64,000 nt of DNA, taken from the human T2T-CHM13v2.0 reference genome, Homo sapiens. The position numbers were made by a program, and so were the translations under genes. Positions within the stretch are counted from its first letter, which is position 1. Each line of letters begins with the position of its first letter. A model generated the notes under the pieces. The model searched no databases. It saw nothing but the letters and a program-made list of their open reading frames with translations, and was not told the origin of the DNA. Below are positions 46,180 through 59,715 of the stretch, piece after piece. The stretch lies in the NCBI RefSeq assembly GCF_009914755.1, contig NC_060932.1. One strand, written 5' to 3'.

Positions 46180-46366
46180 ATTAAAAATGATTGGCTCAGT
46201 TGAGGCTGGCCTCTGAAATTTAGATTAAAATAATACACTAGCATAAATATCAAAATAACTGCCAAGAGTTAAAGAAAGAATGTGCCAATCACAAGAAGAG
46301 AGTTTGGTTATCAATGGTATCTTAAGACAGTTTCACTGCAGTAAATACTACTCATTCAAAGCCCCG

Positions 46367-47122
46367 TGTCTCAGTCTGTTCCTGCTGCTGTAACAAAATA
46401 CCTTAAACTGGGTAATTTATAATAATAGGCATTTATTTCTTATCATTCTAGAGGCTGAGAAGTCCAAGATCAAGAAACTATCAGATGTGATGGCTGGTGA
46501 AAGCTTTCTTATTCAAACATGGCACCTCTTGCTGTGTCCTGACAAGGCAGAAGGGACAAACACTGTGTCTGCATGTGGTAGAAGAGTTGAAGGAACAAAC
46601 TTGCTCCCTCAAGTGTTTTTATTGAGACATATTCCATCCATGAGGATGCAGCCCTCGTGGCCTAATCACCTAATTAAGAGGCCCCATCTCTTAATACTTT
46701 TGCATTGGGAATTAAATTTCAACATGTGTATTAGTCTGTTCTCACACTGCTAATGAAGACATATCCAAGACTGGGTAGTTTATAAAGGAAAAAGGTTTAA
46801 TGGACTCACAGTTCCTCATGGCTGGGGAGGCCTCACAATCATGGCTGAAGACAAAGGAAGAGCAAAGAGAGGTCTTACATGGTGGCAGGCAAGAGAGCTT
46901 GTGCAGGGGCAGTCACATTTATAAAACCATCAGATCTCATGAGACTTATTCACTAACCATAAGAACAGTATGGGGGAAACTACCCCCATGATTCAATTAT
47001 CTCCACCTGGCCCCACCCTTAACATGTGGGGACTGTTACAGCTCAGTGAGATTTGGGTGGGGACACAGCCAAACCATATCAACATGAATTTTGGAGGAAC
47101 ACAAACATTTCAAACCATCACA
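46367..47122 (-). mobile_element. MSTB-like MaLR LTR split by THE1
   Basis: tgctgtaacaaaataccttaaactgggtaatttat...; resumes gaattttggaggaacacaaacatttcaaaccatcaca. Confidence 0.88.
46727..47081 (-). mobile_element. THE1 solo LTR nested in MST
   Basis: tgtattagtc...ccaaaccatatca; perfect TSD ACATG at 46722-46726 and 47082-47086. Confidence 0.93.
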
Positions 47123-48379
47123 CCCCATTCAGAAAGGAAAGGCTTTCTTGCTGACTTGACCAGGCCAGGTCCAATGATATAAATACATCACTCTGAGATA
47201 GATTCAAATACTGTTGAATTTTGATTTGTCTAGTGTCCCTTCTTGTTCCTTCTTGATGCTTTAACTTTCTCTGAGCTTCATAAGTCTCTCTGCTTAAGGT
47301 AAGAATAAATATGCTGACGTTTGATTATTTGGCACATTATTCTTTCCTTAGTTTTCTTTATTTTTAAAAATTTCAATAGAATTAATACTTTTAGAGAAGT
47401 TTTAGATTCATAGCAGAAAGTACAGAGAGTTCCCACAGACCTTCTGCACCTACAGATGCAGAAATTCCTCCATTATCAATATCCTACACCAGAGTGGTCA
47501 TTTTGTTACAATAGATAAAACTACCATGACACATCATTATCACCCCAAGTCTATAGCTTACATTGTGGTTTACTTTTGGTTTACATTCTATGGGTTTTCC
47601 CAAATATATATGGACATGTATGTATCATTTTAGTATCATACAGAATAGTTCGCTGCCCTAAAAAATCCTCTGTGCTCTGCCTATTCATCCCTCTCTCACC
47701 CATCTCCTGACAATCACTAATTTTTTTTACTGCCATCATAGTTTTACCCTTTCCAGAATGTCATATCTTTGGTACAAAATAGTATGTAGACTTTTCAATT
47801 TGGCTTCCTTTGCTTGGCAATATCCATTTAAAATTCTTCAATGTATTTTCATTGCTTGATGGTTTATTTTATTTTATAGCTGAATAATATTCCATTCTCT
47901 GGATGTACCACAGTTTATTTTTCCATTAATCTACTAAAGGATATCTTGTTTGTGTCCAAGCTTGGGCAATTATGAAAAAAGCTGCTGTAAATGCTCATGT
48001 ACAGATTTTGAGGTGGATATAAGTTTTCAATTCCTTTGGATAAATATTGTAGAGTGCAATTGCTGTGTCATGTAAGAGTATGTTTAGCTCTTTAAGAAGC
48101 GGTCAAACTGTCTTCCAAAATGATTATACCATTTTTCATTTCCACCAGCAATGAATGAAAGTTCCTACTGCTCCTCAATCTTGTCATCACTTGGTGGTAA
48201 CTGTTTTGGACTTTTGTCATTCTAATATGTGTGTAGTGATATCCCATTATTTCAATCTTTAATCCTCTAATGACACACAATGTTGAACATCTTTTTTATG
48301 TGTTTATTTACCGTTGTCACGTGCTATTTGTCAAGGTGTCTGTTCTGGTCTTTTGTTTTTAATCAGGTTGTTTATTTTC

Positions 48380-48521
48380 TTTTTTATTTTTTAAATTAAA
48401 TTTTTGTAGAAATTGAGTCTCACTATATTGCCCAGGCTGATCTCGAACTCCTGGCCCTGAGAACTTCTGTCTCAGCCTCCCAAAGTACTGGGATTACAGA
48501 ATTGAGCCACCCTACCTTGCC
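48380..48521 (-). mobile_element. FLAM / left Alu monomer
   Basis: gtctcactatattgcccaggctgatctcgaactcctgg...cctcccaaagtactgggattacag. Confidence 0.85.
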
Positions 48522-48739
48522 TCATTTTTAAATGTGCTAATTAATAGTTTATTAATATGCTAATTGTAGAATAATTTGAAAATACAGAAAATAGTATAAA
48601 GAATAAAATTAGTATTGCCCATGATTCTATCACAGAGATAACCATTGCAATATTTTTGTGTTTTCCTTCCAGCTTTTGTCTTTCTAAGCTGGCTCCATAT
48701 CTATTGCTGTGTTTTAACAGTTCCTTGTATATTTTAGAA

Positions 48740-48814
48740 TTTTTTTTTTTTTTTGAGATGGAGTCTTCCTCTGTCACTCAGGCTACAGGTGGTGCAATCT
48801 TGGTGCAATCTTGG
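48740..48814 (-). mobile_element. Short Alu 3' fragment
   Basis: Poly(T) followed by gagatggagtcttcctctgtcactcaggct...ggtgcaatcttgg. Confidence 0.8.
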
Positions 48815-51697
48815 ATTTTTTTTTTCATGTGAATGTCCAGTTGTCCCAGCATGATTTATTGTAAAGACTATTTTTTCTCCATTGTATTGCCTTTTCATCT
48901 TTGTCAAAGATGATTTTACTGTATTTGTGTGAGTCTATTTCTGAGCTTTCTATTCTGCTCTATTGACTATTATTTTTGTCAATACCACAGTGTTTGGAGT
49001 ACGATACCTTTATTGAGTCTTAAAATTGATAGTGTCAGTCTTCCAACATTGTTTTTCTCCTTCCATATTAAATTGGTTATTCTTGGTCTTTTGCCTCTCC
49101 ATATAAACTTTAAAATTAGTCCATCAATATCCACAAAATAATTTGCCTAGATTTTGATTGGGGTTGCATTGAATCTATAGATAAGTTTGAGAAGAGCCTA
49201 CATTTTGACAATATTGAGTCTTCCTATCCATGAATATGGAATATTCTCCTCATTTATATAGTTCTTCTCTGATTTTTTAATCAAGATTTTGCAGCTTTCT
49301 ATATACAGACCTTATACATATTTTGTTAAGATGTATACCTAAGTATTTCATTTTGGGGGATGGTAATGTACATGGTAATGTGTTTTTAATTTCAAGTTTC
49401 ACTTGTTGATTCTTGGTAAATAGGAAAGAGATTGACTTTTTTATATTAACCTTATATCTCTCAAACCTGCCACAATTGCTTATTAGCTCTAGTTTTTGTT
49501 TGTTTTTTGCCTTTCACATTTTCTGCACAGATAATCTTGTCATGAGCAAACAAAAACAGTTTTAATTCTCCCTTCTTAATCTATATAGTTTTAATATTTG
49601 TTTCTTGTCTATTGCATTAGATAGGACTTACAATATGATGTTAAAAGGAGTAGTGGGAGGGGACATCCTTGCTTTGCTCTTTACCTGAGTGGGAAAGCTT
49701 CTAATTTCTCACCATTAAGTATGATGTTAGCTGTAGGTTTTTAGTAGATGTTCTCTATCAAGCTGAGGATGGTTTCATCTATTCCTAGTTTCTGTGAGAT
49801 TTTATCACGAATAGGTGTTGGATTTTGTCAAATACTTTTTCTATGTCTATTTATATGATGATATGATATTCCTTCTTTAACCTGTTGATGTAATGTATTA
49901 TATCAATTAATTTTCAAATGTTGAATCAGCCTTGCATATCTGGGATAAATCCAACTTGGTCAGGTTGTATAATTCTTTTTATACATTGTTAGATTCGATT
50001 TGCTAATACTTTGTTAAGAATTTTTACATCTATATTCATGAAAGATATTGATCGGTTACTTTTATTTCTTGTAATGTTTTTGTTTTTGTATTAGGGTAAT
50101 GCTGATCTCACATGGTGAGTTAGGAAGTATTCTCTCTGCTTCCATCTTCGGAAATGCATTGTAGAGAATTGGTATAATTTATTCATTAAATGTTTGGAAC
50201 AATTCATCAATGTACCTATCTGTGCCTGGTGTTTATGTTTTGGGAGGTTATTAACTATTGATTCAATTACTTTAATATACATAAGCCTATTCAGACTGTC
50301 TGTTTCTTATTATATGAGTTTGACACATAGTGTCTTTAAAGGAATTGGTCCATTTCATCTAGGTTATCAAATTGGTGGGTACAGAGTTACTCGTGGTATT
50401 TCTTTATTATTCGTTTAATGTCCATGGCCTCTGTAGTAATGTCCCTTCTTTCATTTATTATATTAGTAATTTGTGTTTTCTCTCATTTTTTTTTTAGCCT
50501 GGTTACAGACTTATCAATCTCATTTATCTTTTCAAAGAGTAAACTTTGGATTTTATTTATTTTCTTTATTGACTTCCTGTCTCAATCTCAATTGACTTCC
50601 TGTCTAATCTATTTCACTAATTTCTGCTCTAATTTTTATCAGTTATTTTATTCCTACTGCCTACTTTTTTATTTTCTTCTACTTTCAATGTAGTTTGCTG
50701 TCCTTTTCTAGTTTCCTAAAGTGGAAACATGGTTTTTAGATATCTATTCTTTTCTAATATATGCAATAAACACCATAAATTTCCCTGTGAGCACTGCTTT
50801 TACTGCATCCACACATTTAGATAAGTTGTATTTTTATTTTCACCAAATGCAAAATACTTAAAATTTCTCTTGAGCTTTCATTTTAACTCATGTGTTATTT
50901 AGAAATGCATCCTTTATTCTCCAAGTGTTGGGGGATTTTTTTCGGCTATCTATCTGTCATTGATTTCTACTTTAAATCCATTGTAGTCTGAGATAAGACA
51001 TATAATTTTATTATTTTAAATTTATTAAGATGTGTCTTATAGCTCAGGATGTAGTCTATCTTGGTGAATGTTCTGTGGGAACTTGAGATGAGTATATATT
51101 CTGTTGTTGGATGAAGTAGTCTGTATATGTTAATTATATCTATTTGATTGATGGTGCTGTTGAGTTGAACTTTTTGTTTTTACTGTTCTTCTGCCTGTAC
51201 ATTTTTAATAGAAGTTTTTATTTTTAAAAAATAAAAATATGTTTTGCCAAATTAGGAAAGTATAATTAGCTAATTTTTATCTCGTTCAGCTAACATATAT
51301 TAAGAACTTATTATGTGCTAGGGACTAGGGATAAATTTTTGAGCAAAAATAGAGCAAGTGTTTCTTTCTCTTGGTAAACTGGTAAGTTTTATAAGAGATA
51401 TGTGTGGTCAAATGTGCACACAGTGTTATATGTAGAGGTAGAATTCATATCTCCTTACATGCAGCCCAAGGTTCTTTGGATTATAAGCTCTTGTGAACAT
51501 TTACCAATTTCCTGAAAACCATATACATAATAATAGTTTTGAGACATATGAGATATTGGCCAGACAACATTTTTTCAAAGAATCATTTTTAGAAAGTAGA
51601 TCTCTCCAGAAAGGAATATATATTTTCTAAGGCATCATTTTTTTCCTTCTCAAACCCACTGTGATTATGTTATTTTAGCATAGAAGTTTCTGAAATG

Positions 51698-52056
51698 CCT
51701 ATGCAGCCATAAAAAATGATGAGTTCATGTCCTTTGTAGGGACATGGATGAAATTGGAAATCATCATTCTCAGTAAACTATCGCAAGAACAAAAAACCAA
51801 ACACCGCATATTCTCACTCATAGGTGGGAATTGAACAATGAGAACACATGGACACAGGAAGGGGAACATCACACTCTGGGGACTGTTATGGGGTGGGGGG
51901 AAGGGGGAGGGATAGCTTTAGGAGATACACCTAATGCTAAATGACGAGTTAATGGGTGCAGCACACCAGCATGGCACATGTATACATATGTAACTAACCT
52001 GTACATTGTGCACATGTACCCTAAAACTTAAAGTATAATAATAATAAAATAAAAAA
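51698..52056 (+). mobile_element. L1PA2/3 3' end
   Basis: Near-consensus young L1 3'UTR; perfect 16-bp TSD agaagtttctgaaatg at 51682-51697 and 52057-52072. Confidence 0.96.
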
Positions 52057-52848
52057 AGAAGTTTCTGAAATGTCAATTCTGTAGATTTTTTATGCAGCAC
52101 AAGACATATTGTAATATGTAAGTTCTCCCTTTCTCCTAAAGTTTTCAAGAGTAACATGACTTGCTAAGGTGAGACAAAAATAATCTGCTCTTTCTCCATC
52201 TCATATTTGCCCATTTTATAGGATGAAAAAGTTATGCTACTCCTCACTTGACCATGAGGCTGCTAAACTGAAAAAAAAAAAATGAGCCTGTATTATACAC
52301 ATATTTTAACAGGGGCAAACTAAAGCCTGCCTGAAAAAGTCAGTCTCCATTTTCAAATACATTTGAGCACCTCCTTTTTCATCCTCTTCTTTGGCATCAC
52401 AAGGTCAGGCTGTAGAGAAATGTCTTCTACCTGATTGTCACTGTTAGCCTCCAAATTCTTGGAAAAGATGTATTTTTGGCCCTGAAATAACTCTTGGTTA
52501 TGCTTTGGTTGAGACTCAATCATCTGAACTTACAGGGCAAGGGGCACCCAAGGAGCTGGAGATAAGTAGATATTGTTTATTTTAAGAGATCAGCTTAGTG
52601 TATCCCCCCCTCCCACCATGAAAAAAAGTCCACATTGAAGTAAAAATAATTTGTGTGTCTAAGGGAAAGAGCTGGAAGAAGGTAACCTCCAGTGAATCAT
52701 CTGCTATGGAAAGTAATTTATCAGTCCCAGAAACATCATACTTAGTTTAGAAAATCTAAACAAAAGTGAGGGATTAGGCAATAAACAGTTAACAAAGAAT
52801 TAGCTTTAAACATGTTTTCCATTTGCCAACCATGCCAACAGTGTGAAT

Positions 52849-52901
52849 TTTAGTGTCATGTTTTTATTTCTTTTATTTAGTGTCATGTTTTTATTTCTTT
52901 T
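52849..52901. repeat. Perfect 26-bp tandem duplication
   Basis: tttagtgtcatgtttttatttctttt at 52849-52874 and 52876-52901. Confidence 0.9.
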
Positions 52902-53919
52902 GGCAAACTAAAATTATTTTAAATGTTGCCATTTATTCTTGTCAATTATATAATTTACTATTCAGTAAACCAAAGATGTAAAAGTAAATTAGGCATACAG
53001 AAGAATATTCTGTTCCCTATACAGAACTGTGGAAAGATAAGCAGAAGAAAGTCACAATCATCTTTCCTGTAAAGCCCAATTTCTCTCAGAAGCCATTTAT
53101 AAACATTATTCATATTTTTTTCAAATCTGCTTTAAATTAACATTTTTTGACAGTGCTGTCTTTTGAAGATAGCAAGATCCTTGATTTTTATTATACATTG
53201 TATGAAGTGAATTTGTGCTTTTATTGGTCCAAAACTTTGTCACTCAGATTTCAAAGCTTAATCTCATTTGATTATGTAAGGGTTTGGTAAAGGCGTCTGT
53301 GTTAACTTTACGCAGATCATCCAGGGTGTTATCTACTTAGACGGTTTTGCCCTCTTAGGCTCTGACTTTCAAGGCTTTCAGGGATATAGAGAAATAAGAG
53401 TACTCTTAGCAATATTGAATAAATTGTAAATTAGTTCATGTTCTTTGAAAGGGTTCAGACTAGCATTATCTATCAAAATTTAATGTGTGGACATCATTCG
53501 TTTACTCAGTAATTGCAATTCTAAGAATTTATCTTACATAAATGGTCATCCATATTTGCCAAGAGTTATTCAGTCCTACATACACACATGGTATATATGT
53601 ATATAATGTGTGTATATAATGTATATTAGCTGATGTGCAAAGATCTCAAAAAATGGTTCTAGGTAAACAAGATAGTTATATAGAAAAAGTATACCTATAT
53701 AAGAATATGTAAAACAAATGAAATATATGTTTGTATTTATAGTTTATGAAATCTTTGGGTATTGAGACTGGGAGTAACAGAGATAGTTCATATTATAAAG
53801 ATTTTTCTTATTTAATTTTTAATTTATATGATTTGCTTTGGTTCTATGTGTCTTGCATTCTGGATGGAATGAAGGGTTTCTCTCCAAGTTTGTGTTGACT
53901 ATGCCTGCTGTAGAGCTTC

Positions 53920-54225
53920 TCTATCTGGGATTATTAATTATGTGTTTCTGATGTTTTGACATCTGGGGCCTTGCTGACCCTGGAGAGCCTGTCCCTTTCA
54001 GAGCTAGCCAGCTCCTGGAGATGGTAAACAGCTCCCTTGCTGGAGCCCACCATCTCCCTGCCTGCTTTATCAGGATCTTACACTGTGGGCCACCATTCCC
54101 CTACCCCAATCACTCCAGGAGCTGGAGACAGCTTCTACACCCCAGAACCTGCTGAAGTTATTCAAACTGGCCAATCCTAGACCTGCTTAAACTGCTTCAA
54201 CTGTTTCTTCTCACAGAAACCACTG
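53920..54225 (+). mobile_element. ERVL LTR (LTR47/MER74-like)
   Basis: tttgacatctggggccttgctgaccctggagag...ttattcaaactggccaatccta. Confidence 0.7.
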
Positions 54226-56279
54226 GATTCTTCTGCTGGAGAATCGTGTGGAAGGCTGCTGCCTCTACACTTGGCAGTGGACCTGGGTTTACCATTGATC
54301 CCAGCAGTCAAGAAGGAGAGATAGATGTGGAGGATGAAGTGTGAGGACAAGCTGAAACCCACAGGCCCCACCCTCCCCCCGATAAATCTTTCACTGCATC
54401 TAATCACAAAGATCTTCAAAAAGAGATGGCAACAATTTACTGCTGACTTTTAAACCTTATGTGAATTTGTTGCCAACTCTAACTCAGAATCATAAAATAA
54501 AGGAAATTCTTCAAAACATAGTCCTAGCTTAGTTAACATAGTCAACCCAAAACATCACAACCACCTTCCAGTTTTGCAAGACATGGCCTGGAATTAACAC
54601 ATACATTTCCATTTATAGCCCATTGGACAGAATCAGCCATGTAACCTCCCATAACTGCAAGGAGCTAGGAAATGTGAGAAAGCTCATGGATGCTAATTCA
54701 GCAACCATTAAATGTCCCTGCCACACCTACTACATCAGAGGAAACATTTATAGATCTCAGGGTGGAAAAATTTGTATACGTTGTCAACTTGATCTCTAAC
54801 AAAAATATTTTGTATGAGTGCATGTATTTGTCTTATTAAAAATTTGTAATTAGTATTAGAACTATTGTCACTGTAGCCAAGATTTTAATTGCTACTCTGA
54901 AGCTTCTGGTTTTCACTCAGGTTTTTTTCAGGGAAAGCCTCTCTATAGAGAAATCTTCATCTCCTTATTCCCTTATGCTTTTCTTAAGCATTATTAGATC
55001 TAAGTATTATGAAAGGAGTTTCAAGCATTGAGCTTTCCTAATTGCAGCATTCAGCAGCCCTTGAAGTATGGACTCAACTATATTTCATTTAGTGGGTGGA
55101 GAGTAGGAAAGGGAGAGAGGAAACTGGAAGTTGAAAGAAACCTTGCAAATTAGAAAACTAATAGAGCACCTCTATTTGTATTCTTGGGACAAATTTGATG
55201 TTACCTGAAGTGGAAATATGAGCATTTAGGGAAAAGTATATTTTTACAGCATCTTATAAATGAAAGAGTTGGCCATTTTATACTGATGAGTCATTCTGGA
55301 CATTATAAGACTTTTCTTTTAAGGCTATTTTGCAATGGTAATAACAGGAAGCTGACACAAAGCAATTGCAATTACTCCTCAGATGAAAGGAAGAAAGAAT
55401 TAATTAAAGCTCTTTTCTTCTTTAATAAAGAAAAGAAACAGAGACTTGCTTATTTGGGCAAAGAAAATTTTCACAAATTTCTGTTGAGCTAGCCCAAATT
55501 TGTGTAACAAGAACAAATTAGTGCATGGTTTGATTCCATTTGAGATTAAAATTAAACACTATTACAGCATAAAATTGATGGCTCTTCTGACAATTACTCT
55601 TTCAGTATATATAAAAATAAAAAATGCAGCAACATCAATAGAGAGTTATTGCTGAAACTTTCTCCACTCTGATATAGCACAGCATTAAGCAGCTGACCAT
55701 CAAGGTGTTTTATTTTCTAGGAAATCTGAACTGGAAGTCACAAGCTCTAGAACCTGGCCTTGACTCTGACTAGGTGTGTGATCTTGGAAAAGCCCTTAAC
55801 TTCTTTGAACTTTGCTTTTCTCACCTCCCAAATTATCTATTTTGATGTGACATTGCTATAGAAGCATGTCCAATGAATATATAAGGCAAGCCACATATGT
55901 AGTTTAAAATTTTATAGTAGCCACCCTTTAAAAAGTCAAAAGAAGCAGGTAACATTAATTTAAAATATTTTATACTGAATGACTATATCCAAAATGGTAT
56001 CATTTCTACATGTAATCAAAATTTCACGTACAAAATTTGTACAAAATATAAAATTTCACATCATTTTACTTTGCAATCTTGTACATATTACACTTATAGC
56101 ACATTTAATTTTGAAGGTTAAATTGTATTGGAAATACTTGATTTGTATTTAGATTGAATAAAAATTACAGTCAAAAAAGATTTATATACCTAAGGCATTC
56201 CTAATATACTTAACATTTTTTCTAATAACAATAAGATATTAGTTTTAAAATTTAAATTAAATAAAATTAAACATCTACT

Positions 56280-59200
56280 CCCTGAACAACTCTATGTCAA
56301 AAATTATATAACATGAAGAAAGGAAGAAATTGCTACATGTAGAACCTAGCAAGACTGAATCATGAAGAAACAGAAAATCTGAATATCCCAACAAAAAATA
56401 TGGAGATTGAATCAGTAATTATGTCTTCCATCAAAGAAAAGCCCAGGACCTGATGGCCTAATTGCTGATTTCTACTCAACATTTAGAGAAGAACTAATAC
56501 TAATTTTTCTAAAGTCCTTCAAAAAAAATTAAGAGCAGGGGGTATTTCCAAAGTCCATTTACAAGGCCAGCATTACCCTGATAACAAGGCCAGACAAGGA
56601 CACTACAAGAAAAGAAAATCACAGGCTAATATCCCTAATGAGCATAGATATAAAAATCCTCAAGAAAGTACTTAGCATGCTGAATTCAACAACATTTTAA
56701 AAGGATTATTCACCATAATTAAGCAGGATTTGTCCCATAGATGCAAGGATAATTCAACATATGCAAATCTATAAATGTGGTACATTACATTAACAGAATG
56801 AAGACAAAAACCATGTGATCAACTCAACAGATGCAGACAAAGCATTTGACAAACTCTCAACAAATTAAATTTGGAAGGAATATAAAATAATGGTCATACA
56901 TGACAAGCCAAAAGCTAACATTATACTCAACAGTGAAAAGATGACAGCTTTTCCTGTGAGATAAGGTACAAGACAAAGATGCCCACTCTCATTTCTTCTA
57001 CTTGATATAGTGCTGGAAGACCTAGCTAGAGCAATTAGGCATGAGAAAGAAATAAAAGGCATTTATATTGGCAAGAAAGAAGTTAAATTATCCTTGTTTG
57101 CCAACAATATGACCTTATATATAGAAAACCTTGACAACTCCTCCAAAAAACTGTTAGGATCCATAAACAAATTCAGTAAGTTGCAGGATATGAATTCAAC
57201 GTACAAATTCAGTGGCATTTCTATAACCTCACAATGAACTATTTGTAAAAAGAAATGCAGAAAACAATCCCCAACCTTATACACAAATGCTACCAAAAAA
57301 AAAAAAACAAAAAAGAATAAGTTTAACCAAGGAGCTGAAAGACCTGTATGCTGAAAATTATAAGGCATTGACTAAATAAATTAAAGAGGACACAAATAAA
57401 TGGAAAGATACACCACATTCATGAATTGAAATAATTAATATTCTTAAAGTGTCCATCCTACCTAAAGCAATGCCTATCAAAATTCTAGTGACATTATTTC
57501 ACATAAATAGAAAAAATCAATCTTAAACTTTCCATGAAAACAAAAAACAACCCAAGTGACCAAAACAATCTTGAATAAAAAGAACAAAGCTGGAAGCCTT
57601 TCACTACCTGACTTCAAAATATACTATTATACAAACCTATTATTGCCAAAATATCAAGGTACTGTCATAAAAACAGACACATAGATCAACGAAACAAATT
57701 ACAGATCACAGAGATAAATCCTTACATTTATGGTTAATTGTTTTTTTTAAAAAGTTTCCAGGAATACATAATGGGGAAAAAAAGAGCCTCTTCAATTAGT
57801 GATGTTGGGACAATTGGATAGCCACATGCACAGGAATGAAATTTGACCCTTATCTCACACCATATACAAAATTAACTCAAAATGAATTCAAGGCTTAAAT
57901 ATAAGACTTAAAACATAAAGCTACTATAAGAAAACGTATGGGAAAAACTCCATGACATTGTTCTAGGCAATGATATTTTGGATATAAATCTGAGAGCACA
58001 GACAACAAAAGCAAAAGTAGAAAAATGGAATTATATCAAATTATAAAGCTTCTGCACAGTCCAACAAAACAATCAACAGTATAAAGAGACAACCTGTGGA
58101 ATGAGAGAAAATATTTGCAAAACATATAATACATCTGATAAGGGGTTAATATTCAACATATGTAAGGAACTTGAACAACTCAATAGTGTGCAAACAAATG
58201 GGCATAGATCAAAGAAGACATACAAATGGCCAACAGTTACATAGAAAAATGCTGAAAATCACTAATCATCACAGAAATATAAAGTAAAACCACAGAGATA
58301 TATCATCTCACCACCATTAGAATGGCTGTTATCAAAAAGACAAAGGATATCAAATGTTGGAGGGAATGTATAGAAAAGAGAACCCTCACACATTGTTGAT
58401 GGGAATGTAAACTAGTCATTATGAAAAACAGTATGGAGGTTTCTTGAAAAAATCAAAAATAGAACTACCATATAATCCAGCAATTCTACAATTGATTATA
58501 TATCCAAAGGAAATAAAATCAATGTCAAATAAATATCTGCACTCTTATATTCACTGCAATATTATTCACACATAGTCAAAATATAAAATCAATCTAAATG
58601 TTCATAAGTGAATAAATGGACAAAGAAAATGTGGTACATATATTCAAGAAAATACTATTCACCCTTAAAAAAGGAAGAAATCATGCCATTTGCAACAACA
58701 TGGATGAACCTGGAAGACATTATGTGAAGTGAAATAAACCAAGCACAAAAAACAAATACCACATGGTCTCATTTATAAACGGAACATTAACAAGTTGAAC
58801 TCATCGTAGATAGTAGAAGGGTGGTTACCAGGGGCTGGGGTGGGGAGCTGGCACCCCTTTGATGAACATCTCCAATGAGAAATAAATAATGGCCGGGCAT
58901 GGTGGCTCACGCCTCTAATCCCAGCACTTTGGGAGGCTGAGGCGGGTGGATCACCTGAAGTCAGGAGTTCAAGACCAGCCTGGCCAACATGGTGAAACCA
59001 CGTCTCTACTAAAAGTACAAAAAAATTAGCCAGGCCTGGTGGCGGGCGCCTATAATCTCAGCTACTCGGGAGGCTGAGGCAGGAGAAAGGAGAATCGCTC
59101 GAACCCGGGGGGCAGAGGTTGCAGTGAGCCAAGATCACGCGACTGCACTTCAGCCTGGGCGACAGAGTGAAACTCCATCCCAAAATAAATAAATAAATAA

Positions 59201-59715
59201 ATAAATAAATAAAATGAAGAAATAGAAAATTTGAATAGCCCAACAAAGAATAAGGAGATTGAATCTGTAATTATGCCTTCCATGAAACAAAAGCCCAGGA
59301 CCTGATGGCCTAACTGCTGATTTCTACTGAACATTTAAAGAAGAACAAATACCAATCCTTCTAAAAATCTTTAAAAAATTAAGAGTAGGGAGTATTTCCA
59401 AACTCCTTTTACAAAGCCAGCATTACCCTGATACAAAGCCAGAGATGTTCATCAAAGGATTTAAAATTTCAGTTAGAGTAAGTTCAATAGGTCAATTGGA
59501 GAATATGGTGACTACAATTAATTACAATGTATTGTATTCCTGAAAATTAATATCTGAGTAGATTTTAAGTCTTCTCCCCCCAAAAATGATAAATATGTGA
59601 GATAATGCATATGTTAATAAGCTCTATTTAGCCTTTTCTACAATGTATACACCTTTTTAAACAACATGTTGTACACTGTAAATATATACAATCTTCATTT
59701 CTCAATTTAAAAAAT
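56280..59715 (+). mobile_element. L1MA4/5-like LINE-1 (ORF2 to 3'UTR)
   Basis: [30 protein letters not shown] (decayed FADD motif); L1MA-type 3'UTR; interrupted at 58856-59441. Confidence 0.9.
58891..59214 (+). mobile_element. AluS
   Basis: Full Alu with (AAAT)n tail and an internal 7-nt duplication aggagaa. Confidence 0.95.

Larger units (their letters stand above)
47360..51200 (-). mobile_element. L1MC1/2-like LINE-1 (3'UTR and much of ORF2)
   Basis: Antisense L1MC 3' end (gaaagtacagagagttccca...) continuing through ORF2 to ~51200. Confidence 0.88.
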
